DNA from: an uncultured Clostridia bacterium
GTDB taxonomy: Bacteria; Bacillota; Clostridia; Lachnospirales; Lachnospiraceae
NCBI GenBank assembly: GCA_946624325.1
Contig: CAMOSC010000001.1
Location: 1,646 to 65,645 of the forward strand
Length of the DNA stretch: 64,000 nucleotides
Direction of reading: 5' to 3'
This document shows, one piece after another, positions 35,402 to 45,015 of the stretch. Within the stretch, counting starts at the first letter, position 1. Every line of letters starts with the position of its first letter. Both the position numbers and the translations under genes were made by a program. Below the pieces are notes generated by a model that saw nothing but the letters and a program-made list of their open reading frames with translations, did no database searches and was not told where the DNA came from.

Positions 35402-36946
35402 TTACGCCCTGTGTCCGCCCACCTGTTCATTGCGCTCTCTTCCGGTGGCACCCTCCTCATAGCTCAGCCCCTTTAATATGGCATTCTTTCCAAACTTCTT
35501 CCGGATTTCCAGAACAGCCTTCTGCCTCCGCTTTTCCTTCTCCAGATCCTGTTCCTCCCGTGCCCTCAGCTCTTCTGCCGCGGCATAATCCGTAAACAGG
35601 TCCATCTGCTCATACTGCTCCGCGGTTTCCTTTGCCGCCTCCGCCTCCGGCTTCGCATTGCCGAAGGTCAGATAGATGCGCCGGACGGGGAGTGCCGCAT
35701 TGATAATTCTGTTATACAGTTCCTCCGTCACCTGCAGAATCCGCTTCGACGAGGAGGTATATCCGCCAAGGGAAGCAGAGCCGTGGGCATGCTTCGGCGT
35801 CTCGCGTCCGTAGCGGTCCCGGGTGATCTCCCCGGTATAGCTTTTCCGGACCTGCGGGTCTTCAAGGCTTGATTGATCATACTCCACCGTCAGGATCACC
35901 TGATTGGCCGCCAGTTCCTTCTCAACCATCGAGAGCGCCAGCGAATCGGCCATCTCCAGCACGACCACCCGGGCTTTTCCGGCATCATAGGGCTCCGCCA
36001 GCACCTGACCGACGCCTACCGTACTCGCATCCGGACGGTAGGCTTTGATATCGGCAATCGTTACAGGCTCAAAACCCCAGGCGTGGTCGATCAGAAGCTC
36101 CGCGTTCACACCGAACATCCGGTACAGAGCATCCGCGTTCAGAAGCTCCCCCTTCCTTCCCACGGAGCATCTGGCAATATCCCCCATGGTATACAGTCCG
36201 CGGGCTTCCAGCTTCCGCGCATAGCCCTTTCCCACCCGCCAGAAATCCGTCAGCGGCCGGTGATTCCAGAGCTTTTGCCGGTAGCTCTTCTCATCCAGCT
36301 CGGCTATGCGCACGCCGTCCTGGTCCGCCGGTATGTGCTTGGCTACAATATCCATCGCGATCTTGGCGAGATACAGATTCGTGCCGATCCCGGCCGTGGC
36401 AGTGATCCCCGTTTCATCCTGGACGTTCCGGATCAGCTTCTTCGCGAAGGCCCTGGCCGATAAGCCATTTGTTTCCAGGTAATGCGTGGCGTCCAAAAAC
36501 ACCTCGTCTATGGAGTAGACATAGATATCCTCCGGGGACACGGAGCGCAGGTAGATCCGGTAAATCTCCGTGCTGACCTGCATATACCGTGCCATTCTCG
36601 GCTTTGCGGTAATGTAATCCACCGCGCGTGACGGATCAGCCTCCAGTTCCCTGATATCGTACGAACGTCCTGAGAAACTGCGGATCCTGTGCAGGGCTTT
36701 CCGCTCCGCGTTCACCTCCCGCACCCGCTCCACCACCTCAAAAAGTCTCGGGCGTCCCGGAATCCCGAAGGCTTTCAGCGACGGCGAAACCGCCAGGCAG
36801 ATGGTTTTTTCGGTCCGCTCCGCATCCGCCACCACCAGGTTGGTTGAGAGGGGATCCAGCCCCATATCCCGGCACTCCACGGAGGCGTAGAAGGATTTCA
36901 GATCGATTGCAATGTATGTCCGGGAATTATCTCCTTGATTTTTCAT
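35402..36946 (-). CDS. Y-family DNA polymerase (UmuC/ImpB/UvrX-like)
   Basis: AIDLKSFYASVEC, PRMARY, YSIDEVFLD, GIGTNLYLAKIA, KFGKNAILKG, IGGH-like C-terminus (VGGHRA). Confidence 0.92.
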   Translation of the reverse strand: MKNQGDNSRTYIAIDLKSFYASVECRDMGLDPLSTNLVVADAERTEKTICLAVSPSLKAFGIPGRPRLFEVVERVREVNAERKALHRIRSFSGRSYDIRELEADPSRAVDYITAKPRMARYMQVSTEIYRIYLRSVSPEDIYVYSIDEVFLDATHYLETNGLSARAFAKKLIRNVQDETGITATAGIGTNLYLAKIAMDIVAKHIPADQDGVRIAELDEKSYRQKLWNHRPLTDFWRVGKGYARKLEARGLYTMGDIARCSVGRKGELLNADALYRMFGVNAELLIDHAWGFEPVTIADIKAYRPDASTVGVGQVLAEPYDAGKARVVVLEMADSLALSMVEKELAANQVILTVEYDQSSLEDPQVRKSYTGEITRDRYGRETPKHAHGSASLGGYTSSSKRILQVTEELYNRIINAALPVRRIYLTFGNAKPEAEAAKETAEQYEQMDLFTDYAAAEELRAREEQDLEKEKRRQKAVLEIRKKFGKNAILKGLSYEEGATGRERNEQVGGHRA

Positions 36947-37086
36947 CCCATTATCCTTCGTCCAAAATATCAGGGTAACCCGTATGCTCCGATGAACGCG
37001 GCGCGGTTGTGTCCGCTGCCGCACGGGATGCAGGTGCATTTTCCGGGGGAATTATTGCTTCACGCAGGAATACAGGCGGGAATGTT

Positions 37087-37713
37087 TCAGCCGGCATTTC
37101 CGGAATGCATTCTTTCCGTCCCCGAAGCCCGCTTCTTCCGGCACCACAGATAAAATGCGGAAAGTGCCAGGCACAGCACGGCAATGATTGCAAACCACAA
37201 AATCACAGTCGTAACGGGCTCATCGTGAACGCGCAGGAAGAAATACGGCCCGTCCAGCAGCCGCGCCGCATTCAGCAGCAGCGCGATGACACCATAGAGG
37301 AGCGTTGCTCCCATTGGCGCAAATACCGCGCTTTTCGGCAGTACAGTCTCCGTTTCCGTGAAAATAAATGTCAGCACCGACAGAACCGGCCCAAGGAAAT
37401 GGTTGATCGGCGCCACATCCGAGAGGAAATAGTAGTCAAAGCCTTCCTGCGGGGCCAGCACCAGAGCCGCGATCATGAAGGTGACGGTCAGGCACACCGC
37501 GCAGACCAGATGGAGCGAGGCCAAAAGGGAAGGGATACGCTTTTTCTGCAGGAGGAAATACACAATGCAGCCCGAGACAAGCATCTGCAGAATGTTGCTG
37601 TTGATTGTATAATACTGAAAAAGTCCGGCACCGAACACCCGGATATCATGCACCAGGGCGATCAGCTCCAGAAGGACCAGTAAACTATGCAGGATGATGG
37701 GTTTTTTCTTCAT
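37087..37713 (-). CDS. Hypothetical polytopic membrane protein
   Basis: Six to seven hydrophobic segments; YYT..SN and PYFFL motifs. Confidence 0.75.
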   Translation of the reverse strand: MKKKPIILHSLLVLLELIALVHDIRVFGAGLFQYYTINSNILQMLVSGCIVYFLLQKKRIPSLLASLHLVCAVCLTVTFMIAALVLAPQEGFDYYFLSDVAPINHFLGPVLSVLTFIFTETETVLPKSAVFAPMGATLLYGVIALLLNAARLLDGPYFFLRVHDEPVTTVILWFAIIAVLCLALSAFYLWCRKKRASGTERMHSGNAG

Positions 37714-37841
37714 AATGACCTCTGTTCTGTCTGTTCAGATTCCGCCTCCGGAAATGACAAAAACAGCCAGTTCCGAAGGAGGGTTTCGACGACTGTATTT
37801 TCAGTATATCACAATCGGTCCCGGTATGGAAAGAGAATCCG

Positions 37842-37973
37842 TGCTTCGCACGCCTGCCGCGCCTTTGGCGCTTTTGTCTGAGGCTGTTGGGACTGTTCCT
37901 GCTTTACATGCCTGCCGCGCCTTTGGTGCTTTTTCTTGAGTCTGTGGGATGCGGTTCCTGCTTCACAGGCCTG
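37842..37973. repeat. Degenerate ~58-bp tandem repeat (about 2.3 copies)
   Basis: TGCTT..CA.GCCTGCCGCGCCTTTGG.GCTTTT...TGAG..TGT.GG....GTTCC at 37842 and 37900, partial at 37959. Confidence 0.75.
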
Positions 37974-38192
37974 GTCTGTATTGACGGCCTTGCCTGTTCA
38001 TGCAGGCATGACAGGCGCAGGTTATCAATACGGACCGGGCGTGTATCGTAACCCAAAAGAAGCGAATTGCGCATTGTACGCTTGACTTCGATCTTTATTT
38101 GTTGTAAAATATAGGAAATTATCAGACAGGAGACGTACTATATTACCGACAGGGTATCCGTACGTCGGGCATCTGCGGCAAAGTCTGCCGCA

Positions 38193-38293
38193 GAGAGGAA
38201 ACATATTCTGCCCATGGCTGCGTTTTGCAGGCGTAGTTGCAAAATCATCATCCGCAGCCATCAGGTCAAAGTACAAAACTGCGTTTTGGGAGG
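38193..38293 (+). repeat. Leader repeat family E, full copy
   Basis: ACATATTCTGCCCATGGCTGCGTTTTGCA...TGCAAAATCATCATCCGCAGCCATCAGGTCAAAGTACAAA. Confidence 0.72.
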
Positions 38294-38324
38294 GGGGGAT
38301 CCTACGGACAGCCATGGTAAAAAA

Positions 38325-38531
38325 ATGATTGCTCCGGTGGTCATAACGGTTCTGCTGCTCGCGTATCTGATCGTTTATTTCGTCTTTCTCGTGCACATCC
38401 CCGAAATCGGACCTTTTTCGATACTGTTTGCCCTTCCCCTGCCTGCGCTGGGAATCGGCATGGTATATGCACTGATTACACGCATCAAAGAGATAAGGAG
38501 TGGTGAAGAAGATGATCTTGGTAACTACTGA
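38325..38531 (+). CDS. Small membrane protein
   Basis: MIAPVVITVLLLAY...RIKEIRSGEEDDLGNY; two TM segments; overlaps the next gene. Confidence 0.7.
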   Translation: MIAPVVITVLLLAYLIVYFVFLVHIPEIGPFSILFALPLPALGIGMVYALITRIKEIRSGEEDDLGNY

Positions 38532-38823
38532 TGCCATCACCGGCAAGGAACTCGAAATGCTGGGCCTGGTGAAAGGAAGCACCATCCAGACCGTAAACGC
38601 CCTGCGGGATATCGGTGCCGGCTTAAAGAACCTGGTCGGCGGAGAGCTTACGAAGTATAACGATATGATGAACAACGCCCGTGCGCTTGCAACCAAACGC
38701 ATGGTGGAAGAGGCCCAGAGCCTTGGCGCGGACGCCATCGTAGGCATTCGTTATTCCTCCGCCTCCGTTATGCAGAGCGCGGCGGAGGTCATGGCATACG
38801 GGACCGCGGTGAAGTTCCGCTGA
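38512..38823 (+). CDS. YbjQ/UPF0145 family protein
   Basis: MILVTTD.I.G......GLVKG, DIGAGLKNLVGGEL..Y, GADAIVGIR, MAYGTAVK. Confidence 0.9.
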   Translation: MILVTTDAITGKELEMLGLVKGSTIQTVNALRDIGAGLKNLVGGELTKYNDMMNNARALATKRMVEEAQSLGADAIVGIRYSSASVMQSAAEVMAYGTAVKFR

Positions 38824-38894
38824 GCCCGCCCGTTTTTTTCCGGTACCTGCCATTATACACCGCATACAGGCTGTGTCCGCAGATATCTGCAGCT

Positions 38895-39001
38895 CTGTTC
38901 AGAGTCAGCAGCTGCCGGTCATTGAAAGAACAGAGCACCTGTCATTCCGACAGGTGCTCTGTCTGCTTTTCGCCATCTCTGGAGCTGCTGGTTCTGAACA
39001 G
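38895..39001. repeat. Family A derivative with a different internal hairpin
   Basis: CTGTTCAGAGTCAGCAGC...GCTGCTGGTTCTGAACAG ends enclose ACAGAGCACCTGTC-ATTCC-GACAGGTGCTCTGT. Confidence 0.6.
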
Positions 39002-39030
39002 CTATTTTTGTACAGTTTCTGAATCGGACG

Positions 39031-39123
39031 GGCATTCGCAGCCTCCGGCTGCTTTTGTCTATCACCCGGCAGATGTGGAAGCTCGCGAGCGGCTTCCTCG
39101 CCTGCCAGGTTCCTGCACAAAAA
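39031..39123 (+). repeat. Repeat family B copy 2 (between convergent genes)
   Basis: CATTCGCAGCCTCCGGCTGCTTTTGTCTATCACCCGGCAGATGTGGAAGCTCGCGAGCGGCT. Confidence 0.85.
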
Positions 39124-39169
39124 ACGTACGCTTCGATTGCCGCGGCGTTCATCGGATGCGTACCGCCCG

Positions 39170-39631
39170 TCATGCAAGGCCTGCAACGTCCGCAAGCGGA
39201 ATCCGCATTTTGTCTTCCAGGACCAGTTCCTCCGCCGCCGCATCAATCCGCGCAATTTTCCCGGTAACGACGACATAGGCGCCGCCTTCCTTAAACGGAT
39301 CCTGCAGGAACCTGGTAATACGCACGGTCCGCCCGCTGCCGACAGCTTCCCGAAGCTTCAGATCCAGCTCCGCACGGGCATCCTCACCCAGCTCGATGCG
39401 GGATTCCGTCAGGCGTCCTGTCTCCTCTATGGCATCCTCATAACCAGTAAGCGCGGCAAAGGGAAGAAACTGAGCCGCACGCTTTTCCATGGGCATGGGC
39501 GGACGCGCCGTCGCTCCCGCATACGGCAGATCCAGAAGATCCCCATACTTTTCCCGCGTTTCTGCCTCGGCACTGTTCAGCTCTTCTTTTGTGACGCCCC
39601 GGACGTTATGCCAGCCTTCCGTTTTCTTCAT
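39170..39631 (-). CDS. YolD-like protein (usual partner of UmuC-like polymerases)
   Basis: KY.DLLDLP...PM..RAAQF.PFAALTGYE.AI.ET.R.T...GG.Y...G. Confidence 0.85.
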   Translation of the reverse strand: MKKTEGWHNVRGVTKEELNSAEAETREKYGDLLDLPYAGATARPPMPMEKRAAQFLPFAALTGYEDAIEETGRLTESRIELGEDARAELDLKLREAVGSGRTVRITRFLQDPFKEGGAYVVVTGKIARIDAAAEELVLEDKMRIPLADVAGLA

Positions 39632-39652
39632 TCTGCCCCGCTCCCCAGCCCG

Positions 39653-40234
39653 TTATCCGTACAGTTGTCCCGGGCAAACAGGATGACTGAGGAAGCGCTT
39701 GTACCGGAAATAAAAAGCCAGGGCGGTTCCCATATAGGCATGGGTCAGCTCCCCGTCGCCAAAGCGCCGGATCACTTCCTCCACCGGCAGCTCCTCATAT
39801 TTCAGCAGCTCATCGGCATCCAGATGCTGGCAGCCAGTCTGCACCAGCTCTTCCGCCAGAAAGACAGAAAAATGGTTTTTAAACAGGGCAGGATTCGCGC
39901 TCACCCGCCCGAGGCAGGTAATTTTCCCGGCACGGTATCCCGTCTCCTCCTCCAGCTCCCTCAGGGCGGTTCTGACCGGATCCTCGCCTTCATCGGCCAC
40001 GCCGCCGGGGAATTCCAGCGTAATTCTGTCCTCCCCGTGCCGCCATTGCCGCACAAGCACAAAGTTTCCGTCGTGTACGGCCATCACCACCACCCAGTCC
40101 GGGGCGTGGATGCCCACATAATCCCCCTCCAGGCCGTTTGCCGCCGACTCATGCTGGCTGTATACATCAAATACCGGCGTATGAAGGAGGCGTTTTTGCT
40201 CCGTTGTTTTCCAGATCAGTGATTCATATGCCAT
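39653..40234 (-). CDS. NUDIX hydrolase
   Basis: EFPGGVADEGEDPVRTALRELEEETGY Nudix box. Confidence 0.92.
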   Translation of the reverse strand: MAYESLIWKTTEQKRLLHTPVFDVYSQHESAANGLEGDYVGIHAPDWVVVMAVHDGNFVLVRQWRHGEDRITLEFPGGVADEGEDPVRTALRELEEETGYRAGKITCLGRVSANPALFKNHFSVFLAEELVQTGCQHLDADELLKYEELPVEEVIRRFGDGELTHAYMGTALAFYFRYKRFLSHPVCPGQLYG

Positions 40235-40267
40235 AGTATCCTCCGGTTTATATCCGGCTCTGCGCCG

Positions 40268-40708
40268 TTATAAATCCTTTTCCATGCGGATTACAAAAAA
40301 GGTATCCCCTTTGGTCAGTTCCCCGCTCTCCACATATCCCAGCTGCCGATAAAACGGTACCTTATTGTCCCGGCTCTCAACTATGCATTTCTGATACCCC
40401 AGTTCCGCAGCCCATTCTTCGCAGGCTTTCACCACAGCAGAACCCAGGCCCCGGTGCCTGTATTCCGGCAGCACAACCACGCGTCCGATCATAACGGCGC
40501 TTTCATTCAGCGGATAGAGTCTGGCTGTAGCCACCGGAAAATCCTCATCGGTTACCACGATATAGCGCGTATCGGGCGTGTCATGTTCATCAAACTCCTG
40601 TCGGAGTGTAATGCGGTGTTTTTTTGCCATCGCCTGGATTCGGACATAGTATGCCCCCGCCTGCTGCCAGGTCTCCACGGCACGTATGAATTCCATTGCA
40701 GTCTCCAC
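40268..40708 (-). CDS. GNAT family N-acetyltransferase
   Basis: EFDEHD, IGRVVVLPEYRHRGLG, FYRQLGY. Confidence 0.9.
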   Translation of the reverse strand: METAMEFIRAVETWQQAGAYYVRIQAMAKKHRITLRQEFDEHDTPDTRYIVVTDEDFPVATARLYPLNESAVMIGRVVVLPEYRHRGLGSAVVKACEEWAAELGYQKCIVESRDNKVPFYRQLGYVESGELTKGDTFFVIRMEKDL

Positions 40709-40720
40709 TGTATCTTCTCA

Positions 40721-41227
40721 TCAAAACAGCCAGTTCAGGAGCTTTCCGAGCAGGAAGCGCAGTACATCCGGGAAGGTGAAGCGGCCGCTCTCCGCCCGGT
40801 CCTCCCTGGCGTTTTTCAGCCCTTCAATAAGCTTCCCGAAAAAGCCCTTCGGTCCGTCCTGATTTTCTCCGGCCTCCACGGTCGGAGCTTCCTCATGGAT
40901 CGGCGCCTGGTTCGTCTGCTGATTTGCCGCCGGCGCGGAGGTATTGTTTTCCTGTGCGGGAGTGGTTGCCGCGGGCTGCGTGGGCGCCGGATCAGTCGCC
41001 GGTTCCGTCTGTTCCGGAAGAATCTCTTCCGTAAACTCTCCGGCCACATCCTGGATGTTTTCCGGCTCCGCTTCCTCTGCCGCGTATACCGCAGGACTCA
41101 GTGCCAGGGCGGCCGCCAGGACACAGATGGCCGCGCGTTTTCTTCCCCTGCGCGCTCCGCCGGAAGCGGACATTGCTCCGGACTGTTCCGATCTGCCGCT
41201 GAAGGATTCCTGAATATCTCTTCTCAT
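40721..41227 (-). CDS. Hypothetical exported acidic low-complexity protein
   Basis: Basic N-region, then AAICVLAAALALSPAVYA-AEE; P/T/E/Q-rich middle; amphipathic C-terminus. Confidence 0.65.
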   Translation of the reverse strand: MRRDIQESFSGRSEQSGAMSASGGARRGRKRAAICVLAAALALSPAVYAAEEAEPENIQDVAGEFTEEILPEQTEPATDPAPTQPAATTPAQENNTSAPAANQQTNQAPIHEEAPTVEAGENQDGPKGFFGKLIEGLKNAREDRAESGRFTFPDVLRFLLGKLLNWLF

Positions 41228-41383
41228 AATAATCTCCGTTCTGCCGCTTTTGGCCGGCGGTACCAATCTTCATGAAAGGTTATTTCCACACAAATCTCCA
41301 TTCCGCCGGCGGAAATCCATATTCTCGTGAAATTGTCATCCGCCTGGCACACCGCAACTCCGGTAATGACAAAAGCCGATGCA

Positions 41384-42166
41384 TCAGAGATCCTTTCGGC
41401 TGTAATTCAGATACGCGGCCAGGATACCGGCCGCACCAAGGGCCATACCGACGGCGACCAGGCCTGTGTTCAGGCTCCTGTCCGAAACAATATCCGCGCC
41501 GCTGCAATAGGAAAACGGCGTGATATACTTCAGGAAAGAAGCCGGCTTTGCAATATTGGCGATCAGCGCCAGGAAATACGTGAGCGCCGCAAGACCCATG
41601 CCTGCACCGGCGCTTCCCCTTTTCATGAACGCAGAGATGCCGAAGCAGATGCCGGCAAGCTCCAGCTGCAGAAGATAATAGGCCAGATGCAGCAGATTGA
41701 ACTCTGTCCAGGGAATCGTCTCCCCGACCATCCGGATTGAAACAAGCGCCGTGATGTAGATGATCAGATTCATGGCCGTAATCTGGATCAGGATGGCCAG
41801 CAGCTTTTCGGTAATGATGCGGACACGCTTAACCGGATGGGTGAACAAAAACTCCGCCGTCCGGTCCCGCTGTTCCTTGCTGAGCATGCCGGCGCCGGTA
41901 AGGGCCGCGTAAAACGCCCCGCCAAGCCCCAGTACATTTCCGCACTCAATCGCGTAATACCCGATCAGTGTGCCGAAGTTCAGCCGGTCCATGCCGAAAG
42001 CCGCCGTAAAAGAGCCCATGGACGAAAAAATCTTCGTGACTCCGTCCATCTCGCCCTTCATTTCCGGGAACAGGACTACGCAGACCGCAAGCAGGAAAGC
42101 AATCGCCAGGGTCCATACCAGAAAAGAGATTTTCCCCTGTCTCAGTTCATGCTTTACAATGGTCAT
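41384..42166 (-). CDS. ABC-2 type transporter permease
   Basis: Six TM segments; KE..RT.EFL.THPV.R; YITPFSY. Confidence 0.88.
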   Translation of the reverse strand: MTIVKHELRQGKISFLVWTLAIAFLLAVCVVLFPEMKGEMDGVTKIFSSMGSFTAAFGMDRLNFGTLIGYYAIECGNVLGLGGAFYAALTGAGMLSKEQRDRTAEFLFTHPVKRVRIITEKLLAILIQITAMNLIIYITALVSIRMVGETIPWTEFNLLHLAYYLLQLELAGICFGISAFMKRGSAGAGMGLAALTYFLALIANIAKPASFLKYITPFSYCSGADIVSDRSLNTGLVAVGMALGAAGILAAYLNYSRKDL

Positions 42167-43044
42167 CAGCCCTCACCTCCCTTCTCGTAAAAGTGAAGGA
42201 AGATTTCCTCCAGATCCGGATCCGAAACGCTCAGGTCAAGGATATCCCCCGCGGAAAGCCGGTGCAGAAGAAGGTTCATCCCGCCGCTGTAGAGGAAGCT
42301 CACGCCCTGCTCCTCCCTCTTCAGATCCCGGATCCCCTCCAGACCGTCCAGATTCACGGTTCCCCGCACGGCAACGCGTTTGGCATTGCTTTGGCCCAGG
42401 ACCTCAACCCGGTCGCAGGCAATGATCTCTCCCTCCCGGATTACGGCAGCCCTGGTACAGTTGTGCTGAATCTCGGACAGAATATGGCTGGAGAGGAAAA
42501 CCGTTGTCCCTCTGTCATTCTGCTCACGGATCAGTTCAAAGAAAGCCCGCTGCATCAGCGGATCCAGGCCGCTCGTGGGCTCATCCAGGATCAGCAGCGA
42601 CGGGCTGCTCTGGAACGCGCAGACAATGGCCACTTTCTTCCGGTTGCCGAAAGAAAGCTCATCCACCTTGCGGGAAGGATCAAGCTCCAGGCGCTCGCAA
42701 AGTCTTTGCGCCTCTGCCGAGCAGTCCTTTTTCCGCAGGTCCGCGGACAGCTTCAGAACGTCCCGCACCTTCATGCCGGAATAAAACACCGCCTCCGACG
42801 GCAGATACCCGATATCCGAGAGCACTTCTTCCTTTTGCCTGACCACGTCCCTGCCGAGCACCTGCGCGCTGCCGGAGGTCGGCGTAATCAGTCCGGTCAG
42901 CAGACGGATCGTCGTGGACTTTCCGGCCCCGTTCGGGCCGATAAAGCCGAAATACTCGCCCTGCTCCACGGAAAGGTTTACCCCTTGAATCCCACGGGCT
43001 TTCCCGTAATATTTTGTCAGACCGGCTGTCTTAATTGCTTCCAT
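42166..43044 (-). CDS. ABC transporter ATP-binding protein
   Basis: GPNGAGKST, LSFGN, ILDEPTSGLDP, SSH. Confidence 0.93.
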   Translation of the reverse strand: MEAIKTAGLTKYYGKARGIQGVNLSVEQGEYFGFIGPNGAGKSTTIRLLTGLITPTSGSAQVLGRDVVRQKEEVLSDIGYLPSEAVFYSGMKVRDVLKLSADLRKKDCSAEAQRLCERLELDPSRKVDELSFGNRKKVAIVCAFQSSPSLLILDEPTSGLDPLMQRAFFELIREQNDRGTTVFLSSHILSEIQHNCTRAAVIREGEIIACDRVEVLGQSNAKRVAVRGTVNLDGLEGIRDLKREEQGVSFLYSGGMNLLLHRLSAGDILDLSVSDPDLEEIFLHFYEKGGEG

Positions 43045-43143
43045 TTCGTAGAACTCCCATGCTTTGAGAACCGTTCAGAAATGCCCCTTACAGCTGCCGT
43101 ATACCCCAAACGGACCGTTTTTTGCGGCGTCTGCCGCCGACAT

Positions 43144-43743
43144 TTATTTTCCCGCTTCCGGCCTAAAATCCTTCCGGTTCAGAATATATCCCATGGCGGC
43201 GCCCGTCAGGCCTCCGACGATATGCGACATATTGGAAATATTATCCGATACCGTTATGCCCTCGAAGATCTGCTGACCGATATAAATAACCGCCGTCAGG
43301 ATAAAGGTCAGAGGAATCTCCCCCTCCTTAAAGCCCGTAAACGAAGCCAGAAGAATAAAGGCGAATACCACGCCGCTGGCCCCGCAGATACCGATATTCC
43401 AGAACAGGATATAGCTGACCAGGGCGGTGGCAAACGCCGTTACAGCGATAATGGCCGCAAGCGTCCGCGGTCTGTACTTTTCCTCCAGGAGCGGTCCCAG
43501 CAGCAGCAGATACGCGGCGTTTCCGAAAAAGTGGGCCCAGCCGGCATGCCCGAAAACATGTGTGAAAAAGCGCAGCCAGGTCAGCGGATTCACCAGTGAT
43601 GAATGATATGACATAAACAGCAGACGCGTAATCCGGTATCCGCTCAGCACGCCTGCCAGGGTAACCAGAAAGCAGGCCAGGACAAAGGACAGAACGACTG
43701 GCGAATTTACGGTTATGACGGGGATTCCGTTTTTTTTCTGCAT
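43144..43743 (-). CDS. Rhomboid family intramembrane serine protease
   Basis: H...H..GN, GASG, SHIVG. Confidence 0.88.
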   Translation of the reverse strand: MQKKNGIPVITVNSPVVLSFVLACFLVTLAGVLSGYRITRLLFMSYHSSLVNPLTWLRFFTHVFGHAGWAHFFGNAAYLLLLGPLLEEKYRPRTLAAIIAVTAFATALVSYILFWNIGICGASGVVFAFILLASFTGFKEGEIPLTFILTAVIYIGQQIFEGITVSDNISNMSHIVGGLTGAAMGYILNRKDFRPEAGK

Positions 43744-43849
43744 GCCGCGCTCCTTTGGGACTGTTCAGAAATATACCGTTATTGTCCGGCGCATGGCTCC
43801 GAACAATAACAGTATAGCGCATTTTTCCGCTTTTGCCAATATGGCGAAG

Positions 43850-44695
43850 CTATTGAATTCGTATCGCGGCCGCGTGTTTGCGGTACGCATCCGGTGTGTA
43901 ACCGGTGATGCGTTTGAACTGCAGTCCGAAATAACTGGGCGAAGCGTACCCGCACTCTGTTCCGATCTTTGCGGCGCTGCGGTCCGGGAAGCGCTCAAGC
44001 AGCATCCTGGCCCGCCCGATTCTCAGGCGCTGCAGGTAGTTTATGATCGTAATGCCGGTTTCTTTTTTAAAAACGCTGCAGAGATATTCGCTGTTCAGCC
44101 CGATAGATGCAGACAGCTCATCCAGGGAAAACGGTTCGGTAAGGTGGTTTTCCATATAGCGGATCGCCCGGTATGCATAAGAACCGCCGTCCCCGGGAAG
44201 GTCCCCGTCCAGAGGTACCGGCTGCAGATGCATGTGCGCGGCAAAATCCAGCAGAAAGCGGTAGCAGGCCGCGGAACAGGCCGGCTTTGAAGCTTCCCCC
44301 TGTTCGGAAAGTGAGAGAATCCTTGCCGCATGGCTTTCAAGAAGCTGTTGATCTTCAATAGAATAAACACCGCTTTCATGAATGCCCAGGCAATCCAGAA
44401 GAGCAGGGCAGACCGCTCCCGCTATTCCGATCAGCGTCACCAGCCATTCCCCGCCCTCTGTTTTATATGCGCAGGGGATACCCGGAAACACCACTGCGCA
44501 TTCCCCCTCCCGGATGCGCATCCGTTCTCCGTTCAGGTCCAGCAGGCCATTGCCTCTCCGGCCATGCAGGAACATATAATCCGGGTTTCCATCGGGTCGG
44601 TTTACCGCCTCCTGTCTGTAATCCCATCCAACGTAGGACGGCATAACCGGGAGCATGGCCCGGCCGGTGCCCTGTGCCTGCAGAAAAGTCAGCAT
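43850..44695 (-). CDS. AraC family transcriptional regulator
   Basis: N-terminal cupin-like domain; C-terminal YL..VFKKETG...GY.SPSYF..QFKR.TG.TP..YR. Confidence 0.9.
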   Translation of the reverse strand: MLTFLQAQGTGRAMLPVMPSYVGWDYRQEAVNRPDGNPDYMFLHGRRGNGLLDLNGERMRIREGECAVVFPGIPCAYKTEGGEWLVTLIGIAGAVCPALLDCLGIHESGVYSIEDQQLLESHAARILSLSEQGEASKPACSAACYRFLLDFAAHMHLQPVPLDGDLPGDGGSYAYRAIRYMENHLTEPFSLDELSASIGLNSEYLCSVFKKETGITIINYLQRLRIGRARMLLERFPDRSAAKIGTECGYASPSYFGLQFKRITGYTPDAYRKHAAAIRIQ

Positions 44696-45015
44696 GTTTC
44701 GTACCTCCGTTTTATGGTTTCGGTATCCGCAGCAGAACGGCCGGATATATATGCGGCTCATAAGATGCAGGATCACAGTATTGTTATATAGATAACATCA
44801 TATTAAGATTGTTCTCTGTCAAGTTTTGCTCTATAATGATTTTATAAAGAGCTGATGTTCATGGCCGGACTGCGGAACACGAATCGCCCGCAGCTTACGG
44901 CAGCCGCACTGCTGAGCCGGCAGATGTGCAATGCGCTTACCGGCAGTATCCGGCAGACTGTGCGCCGTGAAGAACAGCTGATCAGACAACTTCGTTCTGG
45001 GAGGAGACTGAGGAT

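Noticed and set aside
37842-37973. Possible CRISPR array
   Set aside because: Whole units are similar with no unique spacers; a degenerate tandem repeat
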